A DNA stretch of 64,000 nt from an uncultured virus (IMG/VR IMGVR_UViG_3300029977_000134). Lineage: Duplodnaviria > Heunggongvirae > Uroviricota > Caudoviricetes. The stretch lies in IMG/VR virus record IMGVR_UViG_3300029977_000134, one strand, 5' to 3'. Below are positions 11,005 to 21,464 of the stretch, piece after piece. Numbering within the stretch: position 1 is the stretch's first letter; each line of letters opens with the position of its first letter. The translations under genes and the position numbers were made by a program. The notes under the pieces are model-generated. The model had not been told where the DNA came from. It saw nothing but the letters and a program-made list of their open reading frames with translations, and did not search any database.

Positions 11005-11625
11005 ATGGTGACGAGGAGTTTGTTTACATATACAGGCAATGAAGGTGAAAAGACCTTCAAAATTACGGTTTATGAGGTAGTAGATGACCCCGTGGTTAAA
11101 TATGTTATTAAGGTTAACAAGAACGGAAAGGAGGTCTCTGCAAAGCACACTACTCTCGACAGCGTTATAAATCAGATAAAGCTTTACGGCACAGACGTTT
11201 ATGAAGCTTTCATTAATAAAGTTAAAGACAGACTTGAAAGTTCAGATGTATCCGAAACTAGTGTTCCTGAAAGTCAAGCGGATGTTATATTATCTCTTGC
11301 TATCAATAGTTATTATTCAAAGATGGACATAAAGGCTGCTCCAGTACCTGGTGATATTGTTGAGGATGTCTATTCAAAGAGACTTGGAGTAGTGGAATAT
11401 GTAGAGTATGTTGGTGCAAATCACTTCCCGATTTACCAGGTTCGTTGGGAAGATGGGACTCGCAGTACGAGGGTGTCAATGCAACTGAGAGTTGTAGTTC
11501 CGAGGGAAGATGCTACTATTAACGATATAGATTTCGAAAGGATTAAAGAAGATTTACTAAGTGGTGATATAAAACCGCTTGATGGTTATACAAACTTTAG
11601 GAGAAAGAAAGATGATGAGAGGTGA
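11005..11625 (+). CDS. Hypothetical protein with C-terminal SH3-like domain
   Basis: PGDIVED..RLGVVEYV..YQVRWEDG pattern. Confidence 0.65.
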   Translation: MVTRSLFTYTGNEGEKTFKITVYEVVDDPVVKYVIKVNKNGKEVSAKHTTLDSVINQIKLYGTDVYEAFINKVKDRLESSDVSETSVPESQADVILSLAINSYYSKMDIKAAPVPGDIVEDVYSKRLGVVEYVEYVGANHFPIYQVRWEDGTRSTRVSMQLRVVVPREDATINDIDFERIKEDLLSGDIKPLDGYTNFRRKKDDER

Positions 11626-13027
11626 TTACAATTTAGAAGAGGTTCTCAAAAAACTAAGATCGAGAAGCAGAGACGTCAACAACTTTTCACCAATACCAAC
11701 GGATAGTTTACCATTTATTGAACAAGTTGTAGAAGGTCTTAGTCCTATTACTGAGGTAAGAGACAAAGGTGGAATGTCAACAAGACTTGACACTCCAGGT
11801 AGTGTTCCGAATAAAGATGAGCAGATAAGACAGTGGCAAGATTTGATGAGGGAGACTAGACCTGGAGCTGAATTTGAAAATGAGCTATTCTTCAGGGATG
11901 GTCCAAGAGACCAGTGGGGATATGATGAGTTCTTTGACAAGATGAATGAAGACCCGAATGCTATGGCAGATATTTCCTACCTTGAAGGTATGGAAAATCC
12001 AGATACCCTGATGCCACTTAGGGAACTCGAAACCCTTGAAGAAGTGAAATCGAAATTTGATAAGGAATTGGAAAGAATAGAAAAGGAAACCCGTAGAAAA
12101 CCAAAAAGAGGTAGTGATGAGGATGAGAATTTAGAGTTAATTGAAGAAATTGAAAAGATATCTTCTATTCTTCGAATTGCTCAAGAAGGTGGTGGTGAAG
12201 GTGGAGGTTTAGACCTTGGTGATTTAGGTGGTTTAGGTGGAGGTGGTTTAGGTGGAGGCGATCCGTTATCAGACTTACTTGGAGGTGGCGGGCTTGATTT
12301 AGGTGGAGGTGGTGGAGACCTTGGATTAGGTAGAGATGAAGGAAAGCCTAAAGGTAAAGGAAAAGGTGGAGATGAAGGTCCTCAACTTTTAACTGATATA
12401 AACCCCCAAATCCTTGAAAACCTTGATGAACAGAGCAAAAGGTCTTTGGTGAAAGCCGTTTCAGATCTTAAAGTTTTATTATCAACTCCAATTGATAGCA
12501 TCTCAACATCACAACTTAAAGCAGTGTTTAATAATATACTCTCACTTGTTAGCAGGGCAAAGGAAAGATTTAGGGAGAAAGTTGTTGGTAGTGAACCAGA
12601 GTTTGATAAATCAAGATTAGAGAATGCAAACAGGTATGTCGGTGCAAGCTATGTCCCAAGAAGACTTCATCCAGATACATATTATTTAATCAATGCTTAC
12701 AATGAGCTTGCAAAACTTGGTGTCAAAATAAACAACATTTACGTTATAGACAAAAGTGTTAATGATGGAACTATTAAAATATCTGCAACCATTGAATATT
12801 ACCATCCAACTCCAATGCAATCGGATGCTTTTAAATCAAAGCTCATTCCACTTATAGTCATTTATGATGCCATCAAAGACAAACCAGTTAAACTTTCTAC
12901 ATTGGGCGGTAGAGAGTTAGAGTTTACAAAAGAGGCAATGCAACAGCTAATAGAAGAAAACAAATATCCCGTTGACTTCTTCTTCGGGTATTATAATCCT
13001 CAATTTATGAAGAAAAAGAAGAGTTAA
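11612..13027 (+). CDS. Hypothetical protein with Gly-rich linker (probable head protein)
   Basis: ATG 11612 after AGGAG; GGGLDLGDLGGLGGGG tract; immediately upstream of the portal. Confidence 0.7.
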   Translation: MMRGDYNLEEVLKKLRSRSRDVNNFSPIPTDSLPFIEQVVEGLSPITEVRDKGGMSTRLDTPGSVPNKDEQIRQWQDLMRETRPGAEFENELFFRDGPRDQWGYDEFFDKMNEDPNAMADISYLEGMENPDTLMPLRELETLEEVKSKFDKELERIEKETRRKPKRGSDEDENLELIEEIEKISSILRIAQEGGGEGGGLDLGDLGGLGGGGLGGGDPLSDLLGGGGLDLGGGGGDLGLGRDEGKPKGKGKGGDEGPQLLTDINPQILENLDEQSKRSLVKAVSDLKVLLSTPIDSISTSQLKAVFNNILSLVSRAKERFREKVVGSEPEFDKSRLENANRYVGASYVPRRLHPDTYYLINAYNELAKLGVKINNIYVIDKSVNDGTIKISATIEYYHPTPMQSDAFKSKLIPLIVIYDAIKDKPVKLSTLGGRELEFTKEAMQQLIEENKYPVDFFFGYYNPQFMKKKKS

Positions 13028-13046
13028 ACTAATTTGGGGGTAATAT

Positions 13047-14858
13047 ATGCCAAGGAAAAAGACTGGCGAAACTTCAGGAAGTTCGAAGGTTCAAAATCCA
13101 TTTAAAGGAATACCACGTGATTTAATACCTTATGTTATTTATTACGGTTTAAGTCAAAGCAATAGTAAGTCAGCAAGGGAAATACTTGCAAGCATTCTTG
13201 ATGGAAATCAATCCAACCAAGGGTTCCCAGCCAGAGTAGTTACACCAGAAAGTAGTGAAGGTGGATTTGTTAAGACCGCTCAATCGGATGTTGGTGGTGA
13301 TGTTACATTCTATCCGCCTCGTTGGTTCTCTCCAATGCTCTCCTGGGTACACTTCTACATGCCTACCGACCTCAAGACAACCCTCACCTGGGTTAGACAC
13401 TGGGACACATTCCATCCACTTGTAGGTAATGCAATTGACCTTCACTCACTTTTAACTCTTGGAAAATTTCAACTTAGACTTGATGGGGATCCAGTTATTA
13501 GAAGAATTTACGAAGAAGCTTGGGAAGCCTGTGGTGGAATTCTATTCCTTTATGATGTAATTAGAGAATACTATCTAACTGGTGAAGTGTTTTATTATCT
13601 AAAGTTTGATGATGAAACGGGGATATTTATTGACGCTATTCCGCTTCCACCTGAAGATATTTATGTTGACAAAGATACAATGTATGAGTATGGAAGGGAA
13701 GTTCAGTTCAAGTTGCAAGTAGCTCAAAGAGACTTTAACCCTGAAATGAACTCTCTTGATAAGTTCCTGCTTGAAAAGGCTCCAGTTGATGTTATTGAAG
13801 CTATCAATAGAAATGAACCTATTCCACTTCCAAACCAGTTCTTATTTGTGATACAAAGGAAGCAATCGGCTTATCAGCTCAGAGGGACTTCATTAGTGCT
13901 TCGTGTAATGAAAGACCTTCTCTATGAGGATAAAATTAGGGAAGCTCAGTATGCTATTGCTCAAAGGCATATTAATCCAAAGGAAATTTGGAAGGTTGGT
14001 AGTGATACATTCCCTGCAACCCAGCAACAGATAGACACAATTGCCGATATGATTAGAACTGCAGAACAGAACCCACTCTTTACAATGGTTACAACTCATA
14101 CGGTATCAGTTGAATATCTATTTGGTAATCAAGGTTTATCTCCACTTAAGGATGAGTTTGACTGGATCGAAAACCGTGTGCTTTCAGCAATGTTTACTAA
14201 CAAGGCAATTGTTCACGGTGAAGGTCCTACGTATGCAAACGCTACCGTAGCTTATCGTGCAATGATGGCAAGGTATATTGCTGTAAGAGCTCTAATTGAA
14301 AGGGCTCTAATGGAGAAATTCTTTAAACCAATTGCCGAACTTCACGGATTTTACAAGGCAACTCCAGCCGAACTGGCCCATAACATTCAAAGACCATTTG
14401 CCTTTAGAGAACTCATTTTACCTCAAATTGATTGGGGTGGAACGAAGTCTTCAATATTTGAAGGTAGAGATGTATTCCAAACCGCAAAGAGTTTAAGGGA
14501 AATGGGTATTCCAATGAAAACCATTTTGGAATATATTGGAGACTTTGATTATGATACTATTTTAAAGCAGAAGAAAGAGGAAGAAGGAACACCATTCGAT
14601 CCACTTTATGAAAAATGGAGAGAACAATACGCTCAAACATTACCTCCACCAATACATACATCTTCGGTAAAAGAAACATTTAAGGTTCCAGTAATGGATG
14701 TAGATACTGGGGAGATAAAGGAACTTGAACTATCATGGCCAAACAGTCAGAGGATAATGGCAAAAGCCAAGATAGCTTCAGCTATAGAGAAGCTAAGAAA
14801 AGAAGGAAAACCAATACCGCTTCAAAACTTGTTTGGAGTAATTAAGTTGAATAAGTAA
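13047..14858 (+). CDS. Phage portal protein
   Basis: 603 aa; HPLVGNAIDLH, EYYLTGEVFYY..G..IPLPPEDI, Y..RGTSLV..KDL..EDKIREAQ..IAQRH..P..IWKVG, as in portals of large phages of the Bxz1-like lineage (recognised by recall). Confidence 0.8.
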   Translation: MPRKKTGETSGSSKVQNPFKGIPRDLIPYVIYYGLSQSNSKSAREILASILDGNQSNQGFPARVVTPESSEGGFVKTAQSDVGGDVTFYPPRWFSPMLSWVHFYMPTDLKTTLTWVRHWDTFHPLVGNAIDLHSLLTLGKFQLRLDGDPVIRRIYEEAWEACGGILFLYDVIREYYLTGEVFYYLKFDDETGIFIDAIPLPPEDIYVDKDTMYEYGREVQFKLQVAQRDFNPEMNSLDKFLLEKAPVDVIEAINRNEPIPLPNQFLFVIQRKQSAYQLRGTSLVLRVMKDLLYEDKIREAQYAIAQRHINPKEIWKVGSDTFPATQQQIDTIADMIRTAEQNPLFTMVTTHTVSVEYLFGNQGLSPLKDEFDWIENRVLSAMFTNKAIVHGEGPTYANATVAYRAMMARYIAVRALIERALMEKFFKPIAELHGFYKATPAELAHNIQRPFAFRELILPQIDWGGTKSSIFEGRDVFQTAKSLREMGIPMKTILEYIGDFDYDTILKQKKEEEGTPFDPLYEKWREQYAQTLPPPIHTSSVKETFKVPVMDVDTGEIKELELSWPNSQRIMAKAKIASAIEKLRKEGKPIPLQNLFGVIKLNK

Positions 14859-14875
14859 AGGGAGGTTATTTCAAA

Positions 14876-16339
14876 ATGCCAAAAAATTTCAATGAAGTCC
14901 TTGAACTAGTAAAAAAGGTACTCGAAGAGTCTGGATTTGACAACATTGAAGTAAGCATACAAGGAAAATCAGATGACAACACTTATATGATTAAAGTTGT
15001 AACTAAAGAGAATGACCAGGACATAGATCTCGGATTAGCTCCGATTTCTTTTGATACCATTGGTGGTGAGCTTGCTGTAGTCCTTCCAGATGATGTTACG
15101 ATAAGTCAACTTGCTGCAAGGGCTGGGCTTAAAAAGTACAAAGTTGCGGGTAGGATGGTTTATGCTTCATCTGAGAAAGAGGCTTTGAGGAAGGTTGCTG
15201 CAAAAATCAAATACCCATATGTTACACTGAATGGTGATGTTTTACGTACACCTGAAGAATTCTTTAATTATTTCTCGAACGTTTTAGACCAAGCAAAGAA
15301 GGCTAGTGTAGAGGCTTCGGATTTGGATGAAACGGAGAAATTGTTACTTGAAATTGAAAAAGAGGCTAGTTCAGAAAAAGTTGAAGTAACCGATTTTGAG
15401 ACCCTTGAAAAACTTGCAGACACTATTCTTTCGAAAGTTGGTGAATGGGGAATGAGTTCAATACCTGTAAAAAGTATCCGTGAAAGGTTAGAAGAAGCTA
15501 TTGAACTTGCAAAGTCCGACCCGACTTATAGAAGGCTTGCAAGGAAGATGAAAGAGAAAGGTGGATTTTTACCACTTGACCTTAAGATGAGTGCGGCTAT
15601 TATTTACCATGAGGATGGTAGTGTAGATTTTATTGACTATGATGTATATCAGCCTCCTTTGTGGAATGAACCTAGAATTGGTGAAGAGGAAAAAAGGCTC
15701 TTGGCTGAACTTGAAAGAATTATTAGCAGTGATAAAACCTCCAGCGTCAATGCTGAAGAGCGTCTCATAGATGAACTTTTAGACCTCGCTCAGAAAGAAG
15801 ATGTAACTGGAATTTTCTCAGATAATACGAAAGATATTGAAGAAGTTCTTGAAGGTGCTCTTGGAGTTGGAAGAGATGTAAATTTGGTCGCTTCGAAGGT
15901 AGTTGCTTCCATAAAGGAAACGGCATCTCAATTTGGAATAGATAAAGAAATTAAGTTCACTCCAAGAAGGGTGAAGAGGGAAAAAGGTATCCTTTACATT
16001 GATGGTGAGGTTTCGGTAGGAAATAATCTTGTGACCTATGCTGCAGTTAGAGCTGATAAGAATGGAATAGTAGTTGATACTCCAGTTGTTGACATCTTCA
16101 TTAAAGAGTACAACTTGAAGAAATACAAACTCGGCTCCGTTGAAGGTTACGCCTCATCTGAAGAGGAATTCCTCTCCAGAGTCTTTGATGAGGTTGAGGA
16201 AGAGGTCAAAGAGGCTAACCTCAAACCCATTCACATTATAGGGAATGATAATGACTCCAAAGTTACTCTATGGCAAATAAAAGAAGAAAACGGTAAGTAT
16301 TATCTTCAAAGGCTTGATGGTCAAACGTTAATTCAATAA
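14876..16339 (+). CDS. Hypothetical protein (probable head/scaffold-associated)
   Basis: 487-aa ORF between portal and protease; several K-x-A motifs. Confidence 0.7.
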   Translation: MPKNFNEVLELVKKVLEESGFDNIEVSIQGKSDDNTYMIKVVTKENDQDIDLGLAPISFDTIGGELAVVLPDDVTISQLAARAGLKKYKVAGRMVYASSEKEALRKVAAKIKYPYVTLNGDVLRTPEEFFNYFSNVLDQAKKASVEASDLDETEKLLLEIEKEASSEKVEVTDFETLEKLADTILSKVGEWGMSSIPVKSIRERLEEAIELAKSDPTYRRLARKMKEKGGFLPLDLKMSAAIIYHEDGSVDFIDYDVYQPPLWNEPRIGEEEKRLLAELERIISSDKTSSVNAEERLIDELLDLAQKEDVTGIFSDNTKDIEEVLEGALGVGRDVNLVASKVVASIKETASQFGIDKEIKFTPRRVKREKGILYIDGEVSVGNNLVTYAAVRADKNGIVVDTPVVDIFIKEYNLKKYKLGSVEGYASSEEEFLSRVFDEVEEEVKEANLKPIHIIGNDNDSKVTLWQIKEENGKYYLQRLDGQTLIQ

Positions 16340-16350
16340 GGAGGTGGGCT

Positions 16351-16566
16351 ATGGCTATTATAAAGAAAGGAATTGGTGGAAAAGTTGTAAGAATTTTAGG
16401 TACTGAGGAAGTCAAAGATACAATTGAAAAGAGGGCTTCCGAGGAAAGTCAGGAGCAATCTCAGACAACATCTAAGAGAAAGAAGAAATCTTCTCAAGAG
16501 ACTTCTGAAGGAGAAACTGGAACTACAGAGAACACTGAAACTGGAGAACCTGGTAATGAAAATTAA
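16351..16566 (+). CDS. Small hypothetical protein
   Basis: 71 aa, AGGAGGT RBS, low-complexity C-terminus. Confidence 0.65.
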   Translation: MAIIKKGIGGKVVRILGTEEVKDTIEKRASEESQEQSQTTSKRKKKSSQETSEGETGTTENTETGEPGNEN

Positions 16567-18232
16567 GAGGGCATACTTTGTTAACAATTTTAAGATTACT
16601 CCGAAGCAAATAGAGGAAAACGATATTTTCCCGAAGTATGTCGGGAGAATAAATGGGCTTCCAATTCTCGAGATAGATTTCAAAGATACCCCCCAAAACC
16701 GAAAGTTATTGGTTAACTCTTCACTTGTTTCAAAACTTCCAAGGGGCTTCAATTCACTTGCATCTTTCTTTTCGAAGGTAGCTGAAGAAGAAGGAATTAA
16801 TCCTATTGAGGTTGGAGAAATCTCTTACAATGGTTCTCCAATTCTCGATACGAATTTTCTATCTAACCTTCTCTGGGCTGCAATAAGAAAGTTGCAGGAT
16901 TATAGACGTGAAAACAGGTTAGATAAATTATACGTTGGGGCTGAAGTAATAAAGAAGATAGTTTCATATTTATCCCAATCTCTTGAGGTTGGGTCTTCAA
17001 GCCCCACGCTTTCTTTAACGGAACCTTCTATTTATGAGTTTAATCCAAGTCAGGTTGCTGAAGACTTTTCCAATGAGATGGCTGAAACTATTGATTTGGA
17101 ATTTCAAAGGAGTGAAATTCCTCAGCTTGACTTTAGACCTGTAAGATATTCGTCTTTGAACAAGGTAGCGTCTATAATTGAGAAGTATTCAAAGATATAC
17201 CCATTCCTTTACAATTCCCTTGCAAAGTTTGCAAATAAGTACGCATCAATCTTTTTAAATCCAGTAGACCCAACCCTTGGACCGAAGAACCTTTATTATA
17301 CAAAACTTGGTTCAATTGCAACCATTGAAGATTCTTATACCACTGACAAGGGTACAATCTTAAGGTATAAACTTGACAAGAAAGCTATTTACAATGAAGT
17401 TTCAAAAGAACTCTTCGACTTAATAAAGAGGGCCCATATCAGGTATATTCCAAATTTGATGCCAAGCCTCAGCAAAGGAAAGAGAAATCATTGTATAGTT
17501 TCCTCAAAAGGTAAAGTGCTTGCCTGCTACAAGAATGAGGCTGAGGCAACGAAGGCTCTTCTTGGAAAGCTTGGAACCTACATTCCAAAGAACAAAAAGT
17601 TTTATGTAGTTTCATATGGGCATAACCCAATATTAATAACTGCAAACAAGAAGGAGGCTCTGGAAGCTTATACCCGTGTGAACAACTTTGCCAATTATCT
17701 CAGGTATCTTACAATTCATGCAAGTTTAAATAGAAACTTAACTATAGATGAACTTGGAAGGGCTATAAAGCTTGGAACCCTGTTTTACCTTGCAAACATA
17801 CCTTACACTATTACAGCAATCGATGAAGCGGCAAAGTCTTTTGCAGAATTTGCTGAAAGGATTGAAGATGTCCTTTCAAGATATGGAGTTTCAGGTAAAG
17901 CTACGTTTACCGTTCAAATCCCAACAAGTGATACCCAGGTCTTTTCAGTTAAAAATTCTGCAAACTTTAGAGAGTATATAAATGAAAATCTCGATGGGTT
18001 TGAGGAAGTTGGAACTGCTGGGACGGGTGCTTACATATCTTATGTAAAGAGTTTTGAGTTTGAAGGGAGCGGTGAAGGGGATGTTAATAAGGTCAAGGAA
18101 GAGATAGAGAAATTGATTAATGAGTATGGAGTTAGAGACCGTGGAAAATTCCCGCCACATATCTTTTCGTTTGCTATCAATATTGAGGAACCCGAAAGGG
18201 TTTTAATAACTGACGAGAAGGAGGAAGAATAA
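16556..18232 (+). CDS. Hypothetical protein (probable virion protein)
   Basis: ATG 16556 after GGAG is more plausible than 16424; TAATG coupling to the protease gene. Confidence 0.7.
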   Translation: MKIKRAYFVNNFKITPKQIEENDIFPKYVGRINGLPILEIDFKDTPQNRKLLVNSSLVSKLPRGFNSLASFFSKVAEEEGINPIEVGEISYNGSPILDTNFLSNLLWAAIRKLQDYRRENRLDKLYVGAEVIKKIVSYLSQSLEVGSSSPTLSLTEPSIYEFNPSQVAEDFSNEMAETIDLEFQRSEIPQLDFRPVRYSSLNKVASIIEKYSKIYPFLYNSLAKFANKYASIFLNPVDPTLGPKNLYYTKLGSIATIEDSYTTDKGTILRYKLDKKAIYNEVSKELFDLIKRAHIRYIPNLMPSLSKGKRNHCIVSSKGKVLACYKNEAEATKALLGKLGTYIPKNKKFYVVSYGHNPILITANKKEALEAYTRVNNFANYLRYLTIHASLNRNLTIDELGRAIKLGTLFYLANIPYTITAIDEAAKSFAEFAERIEDVLSRYGVSGKATFTVQIPTSDTQVFSVKNSANFREYINENLDGFEEVGTAGTGAYISYVKSFEFEGSGEGDVNKVKEEIEKLINEYGVRDRGKFPPHIFSFAINIEEPERVLITDEKEEE

Positions 18233-19731
18233 TGATAAAGTTTGGAAAAGCTAAAATTCAGCAGGCTGGAGAATTAAAAGAATTTTTGAGTGGTGAGGGT
18301 GATATTTTAAAAAGAAAGATTGCAAAGTACGCCTCTGAAGGCGTTGGAATTTTTAAGCAAATCCAGCTTGACCCTTACCGTTATTTATACGTGAGAAACA
18401 GAGCCATATCGGCTGAAGAATACTTTGGACCAAATGATAACGGTGACGCTTTTCCTGAGGCTGAGTTAAGGAAATCTTATGCAACCTTTATTGGAAAGCC
18501 TGTGACCATTGACCACAAAGGTATTCTCAAAATAGGTGTAGTTCTTGATTCAACTTACATTGAACCCGTTGACCCAACAAACCCAATGACGGGTAATTTC
18601 GTAATGAACATATGGGCTATAGACAAAGACCTTGCCGAAAAGACAAGACCAGGTCTTATTGATCACATCCTTTCAGGAAAAGTAGTTGACACTTCAATGG
18701 GAGTTTCCGTTGAGTATTCTGAATGTTCAGCCTGTGGGCATATAGCTCATACGGAAGACGAGTATTGCTCGCATATTAGGCATCATAAGATGTCTACAAT
18801 TAAAGTTGGTTCTAAATATGTTCAGGTCTATGAGAGATGCTTTGGTCTTAATTTCTTTGAAGATTCGCTCATTATACCGCTTGAGCTTGGTGGGCTTGCA
18901 GGTGGAAGGGGTGCAGATAGATTTGCAGAGATAAAGGAAATATTTACCATTCCAACACCGTCTTATAAGTTATCCACAGTTCAAAAAAGAGCAGAAGATT
19001 ACAAACCCAATATTGACAAGTATGTCAAAGACCAGAAGCACGATGATGTCAAAGGTCCTCAGGACTTCATGAAAGATAAGCCCAAAGGTAACGAAAATAC
19101 CCAAACTCAAGAAGGTAAGGGTAAGAGGTATGAGCTTCCAGAGCCGAACAATGAAGAATATGTCAAAGAGAGGTATCACGCTATAGAAGACCTTGGTAAG
19201 GAAATGTCAACATTAAAGGTTGATGAGGTTCCTAGTCTTTTCAGTGCCTTAAGTGCAGAGGAGCAGTCTGAATTACAGAAAAACCTAATGCAACTATTCA
19301 GTTCTGCTAAAGCTGTTCTTGCAGCCATCTGTCCTCGTCGGAAAAGAGGTGCAGCTCCGTTGGACATTCAAGATTTTGACCAAGGAATTGGTATGGAGCC
19401 AGGTGTTGGTCAGGAGCTTGGTGAAGAGAATTGTGGACCTTATGATGTTTCGCTTGAGTATTATTTTGACAAGTTAATCGATATGATTTATAAGCATAAC
19501 ATTCCATTTGGTCTTGCTATTCAATCCATTTATGATGAGTATACTTCAGATACAGAGTTTAAACCGATTGACAAAGCCCTTGACCTTGAAGAAGACCTTG
19601 GGTTTGAAAGCATGGAAGTTTCAGATGAAACTTATTCAGATATTTACAGTCCAAAGATGCTTCCGCCAGTTGAAACAGAAGACTTTGATATAAATGAGCT
19701 CTACGAAGAGGTAGAGCAAGAGTACTTATAA
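18232..19731 (+). CDS. Capsid maturation (prohead) protease with Zn-binding insert and acidic C-terminal extension
   Basis: NDNGDAF..EL..Y.TFIGKPV.IDH (candidate catalytic His), DTSMG (candidate Ser), CSACGH..YCSH, F.E.S pattern; downstream of the portal. Confidence 0.75.
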   Translation: MIKFGKAKIQQAGELKEFLSGEGDILKRKIAKYASEGVGIFKQIQLDPYRYLYVRNRAISAEEYFGPNDNGDAFPEAELRKSYATFIGKPVTIDHKGILKIGVVLDSTYIEPVDPTNPMTGNFVMNIWAIDKDLAEKTRPGLIDHILSGKVVDTSMGVSVEYSECSACGHIAHTEDEYCSHIRHHKMSTIKVGSKYVQVYERCFGLNFFEDSLIIPLELGGLAGGRGADRFAEIKEIFTIPTPSYKLSTVQKRAEDYKPNIDKYVKDQKHDDVKGPQDFMKDKPKGNENTQTQEGKGKRYELPEPNNEEYVKERYHAIEDLGKEMSTLKVDEVPSLFSALSAEEQSELQKNLMQLFSSAKAVLAAICPRRKRGAAPLDIQDFDQGIGMEPGVGQELGEENCGPYDVSLEYYFDKLIDMIYKHNIPFGLAIQSIYDEYTSDTEFKPIDKALDLEEDLGFESMEVSDETYSDIYSPKMLPPVETEDFDINELYEEVEQEYL

Positions 19732-19823
19732 TTCACTTTGGGCGGGAGCTATTCAAGGCCCTCGCCTATCTTTATTTCCCTTATAATCTTTTAAACCTTG
19801 AGTGCCCTTTTCCTAAATCATTA

Positions 19824-19985
19824 GTAATTATTAATAAAAATTTAAGTTATTTGCTCCCAACAACTTATTAATTCATTGTTAATTATTAACAACAATTAAC
19901 AATAATTATTAATAATTAACAACAATTTAAGTTCTAGAGTGTCAGTAGTTTATTAATTCATTGTTAATTTTTAATAACAATTTAA
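19824..19985. repeat. Very AT-rich tract with direct repeats
   Basis: TTATTAATTCATTGTTAATT at 19865-19884 and 19950-19969, plus repeated TTAACAACAATT. Confidence 0.7.
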
Positions 19986-19999
19986 AACTTACCAAAATA

Positions 20000-20029
20000 A
20001 AAAGGGGTGCCAATTTAGGCACCCCTTTT
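20000..20029. terminator. Bidirectional intrinsic terminator between convergent blocks
   Basis: AAAAGGGGTGCC-aattta-GGCACCCCTTTT hairpin with A/T tails on both sides. Confidence 0.85.
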
Positions 20030-20052
20030 CAGTTTATGCGTTATTATCTATA

Positions 20053-20514
20053 TTACTCTGTTCTGTAGTCGTAATCACGAAGCCTTTCTCTTAAGTAATC
20101 AGAAGCCTCCTGTATAGCATTTTCGTACATAGTCTCTTCAAACTCCTCTCTATCTATAACGTGGCATTCCTTATGTCCTTCTCCAGGCTCTCCAAATATC
20201 ATTGCGACATAATCACTATCACCTACAGCACGGTGTATGTAGTCAAAAAGTATTTCGCTAACTATGTCATCCAACCTAAGGTAAATTTCCCCACTCGGGT
20301 CAACAATTACATCACCTTCACTCGCAAACTCTTCAAGCACCCGATCCACACCTTTTGCTACCGCTTCACCTATCCATTCATACATATCATCCTCGAATAC
20401 ACCCGCTACGGTTCTTATTACTCCTTCCCAACCTTCTGGATCTTCAGGGGCGGCCTTTTTGTGCCTTCTCCATCTTAGTTCTAGTTTCCGTCTCAGGTTT
20501 TTTCTTTCCTTCAT
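20053..20514 (-). CDS. Acidic hypothetical protein, paralog family F
   Basis: ATG 20514 after GGAGG; basic leader ending KKAA, then a D-x-x-E-W...YVA..G...EEF..MY domain. Confidence 0.75.
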   Translation of the reverse strand: MKERKNLRRKLELRWRRHKKAAPEDPEGWEGVIRTVAGVFEDDMYEWIGEAVAKGVDRVLEEFASEGDVIVDPSGEIYLRLDDIVSEILFDYIHRAVGDSDYVAMIFGEPGEGHKECHVIDREEFEETMYENAIQEASDYLRERLRDYDYRTE

Positions 20515-20616
20515 ACTTTGCACCTCCCATGATAACCAGTATAATTTAACTTAATACCTTTGTTTTGCGTTAGAATTTGACATTGTATTCTTTTCATAAA
20601 ATTTCTAAAAGCCTCC

Positions 20617-21369
20617 TTATAAGAGCTCAAAAGCTCTATCACTAACCACTACATAAAGGTCAACAATAAAATCTCTAGTGGGAGCAAGTTGACAGTTTCC
20701 ACGTAAGTCATAGTAATCCAGGCTACCCTCGAAGATATTGACATATTGACTACCCATTTCTTTGAGTTTCTGATTAATACGCTCTACCACTTTTTCTACT
20801 TCTTTTTCGACGGCATCATAAAGCGATACCTCAGGGTCATAAAGTTTTTCTCTAGGTCCGGTTTTACTTAAGACTTTTTCGGCTACCCCTTGGGCTACCT
20901 CTTCTACCCATTCATATATATCCTCATCCGCTACTAAAGGTATAGGATGGGTTAGAGCCTCCTCAAGGGAGGGCTCTTCAGGGCCTTTACCTAACCCTCC
21001 GCCTTCCTCACCCCATTCACCCCTAGCCTCTTCTCTATATAATCTACCTCTGAGGTCATTATATAATTCATCAAGGAATTCGCTGGTGGGCATAATTCGG
21101 CAATTTCTCCTCTCGAAGCCAAACTCACCCTCGACCAAGGCAATGTATCTATACCTACCTACACCTATTTTCTGATCAATTCGGTCTATTTCCTCTTCTA
21201 TCATTTGGTCAATAGAGATTGTATCCTCCGAGCCCCGTCCCCGGGTAGTTAACATATTACCTACCCTTTGGGCTACTTCATCCACCCACGCATCGATCTG
21301 ACTGGCGAATACCGTCGCTATGGGACGGATCAATACCCACCCAAGATTAGCCAGTTTATCTTCACTCAT
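20617..21369 (-). CDS. Acidic hypothetical protein, family F (two copies of the domain)
   Basis: Internal duplication: PIATVF..IDAWVDEVAQ..C.I.PT.EF versus PIPLVA..IYEWVEEVAQ..C.L.PT.DF. Confidence 0.75.
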   Translation of the reverse strand: MSEDKLANLGWVLIRPIATVFASQIDAWVDEVAQRVGNMLTTRGRGSEDTISIDQMIEEEIDRIDQKIGVGRYRYIALVEGEFGFERRNCRIMPTSEFLDELYNDLRGRLYREEARGEWGEEGGGLGKGPEEPSLEEALTHPIPLVADEDIYEWVEEVAQGVAEKVLSKTGPREKLYDPEVSLYDAVEKEVEKVVERINQKLKEMGSQYVNIFEGSLDYYDLRGNCQLAPTRDFIVDLYVVVSDRAFELL

Positions 21370-21464
21370 ATATTTTTACCTCCATATAGACGGATTGTAA
21401 TTTGACTGGATACCTTTGATTTTATAGAACTCAAACGCCTTTATAACTTTAATAAACTTTACCA

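Noticed and set aside
615..19693. Numerous short antisense or alternate-frame ORFs overlapping long genes (also common further along the window)
   Set aside because: Shadow ORFs of the coding strand with no RBS and biased composition
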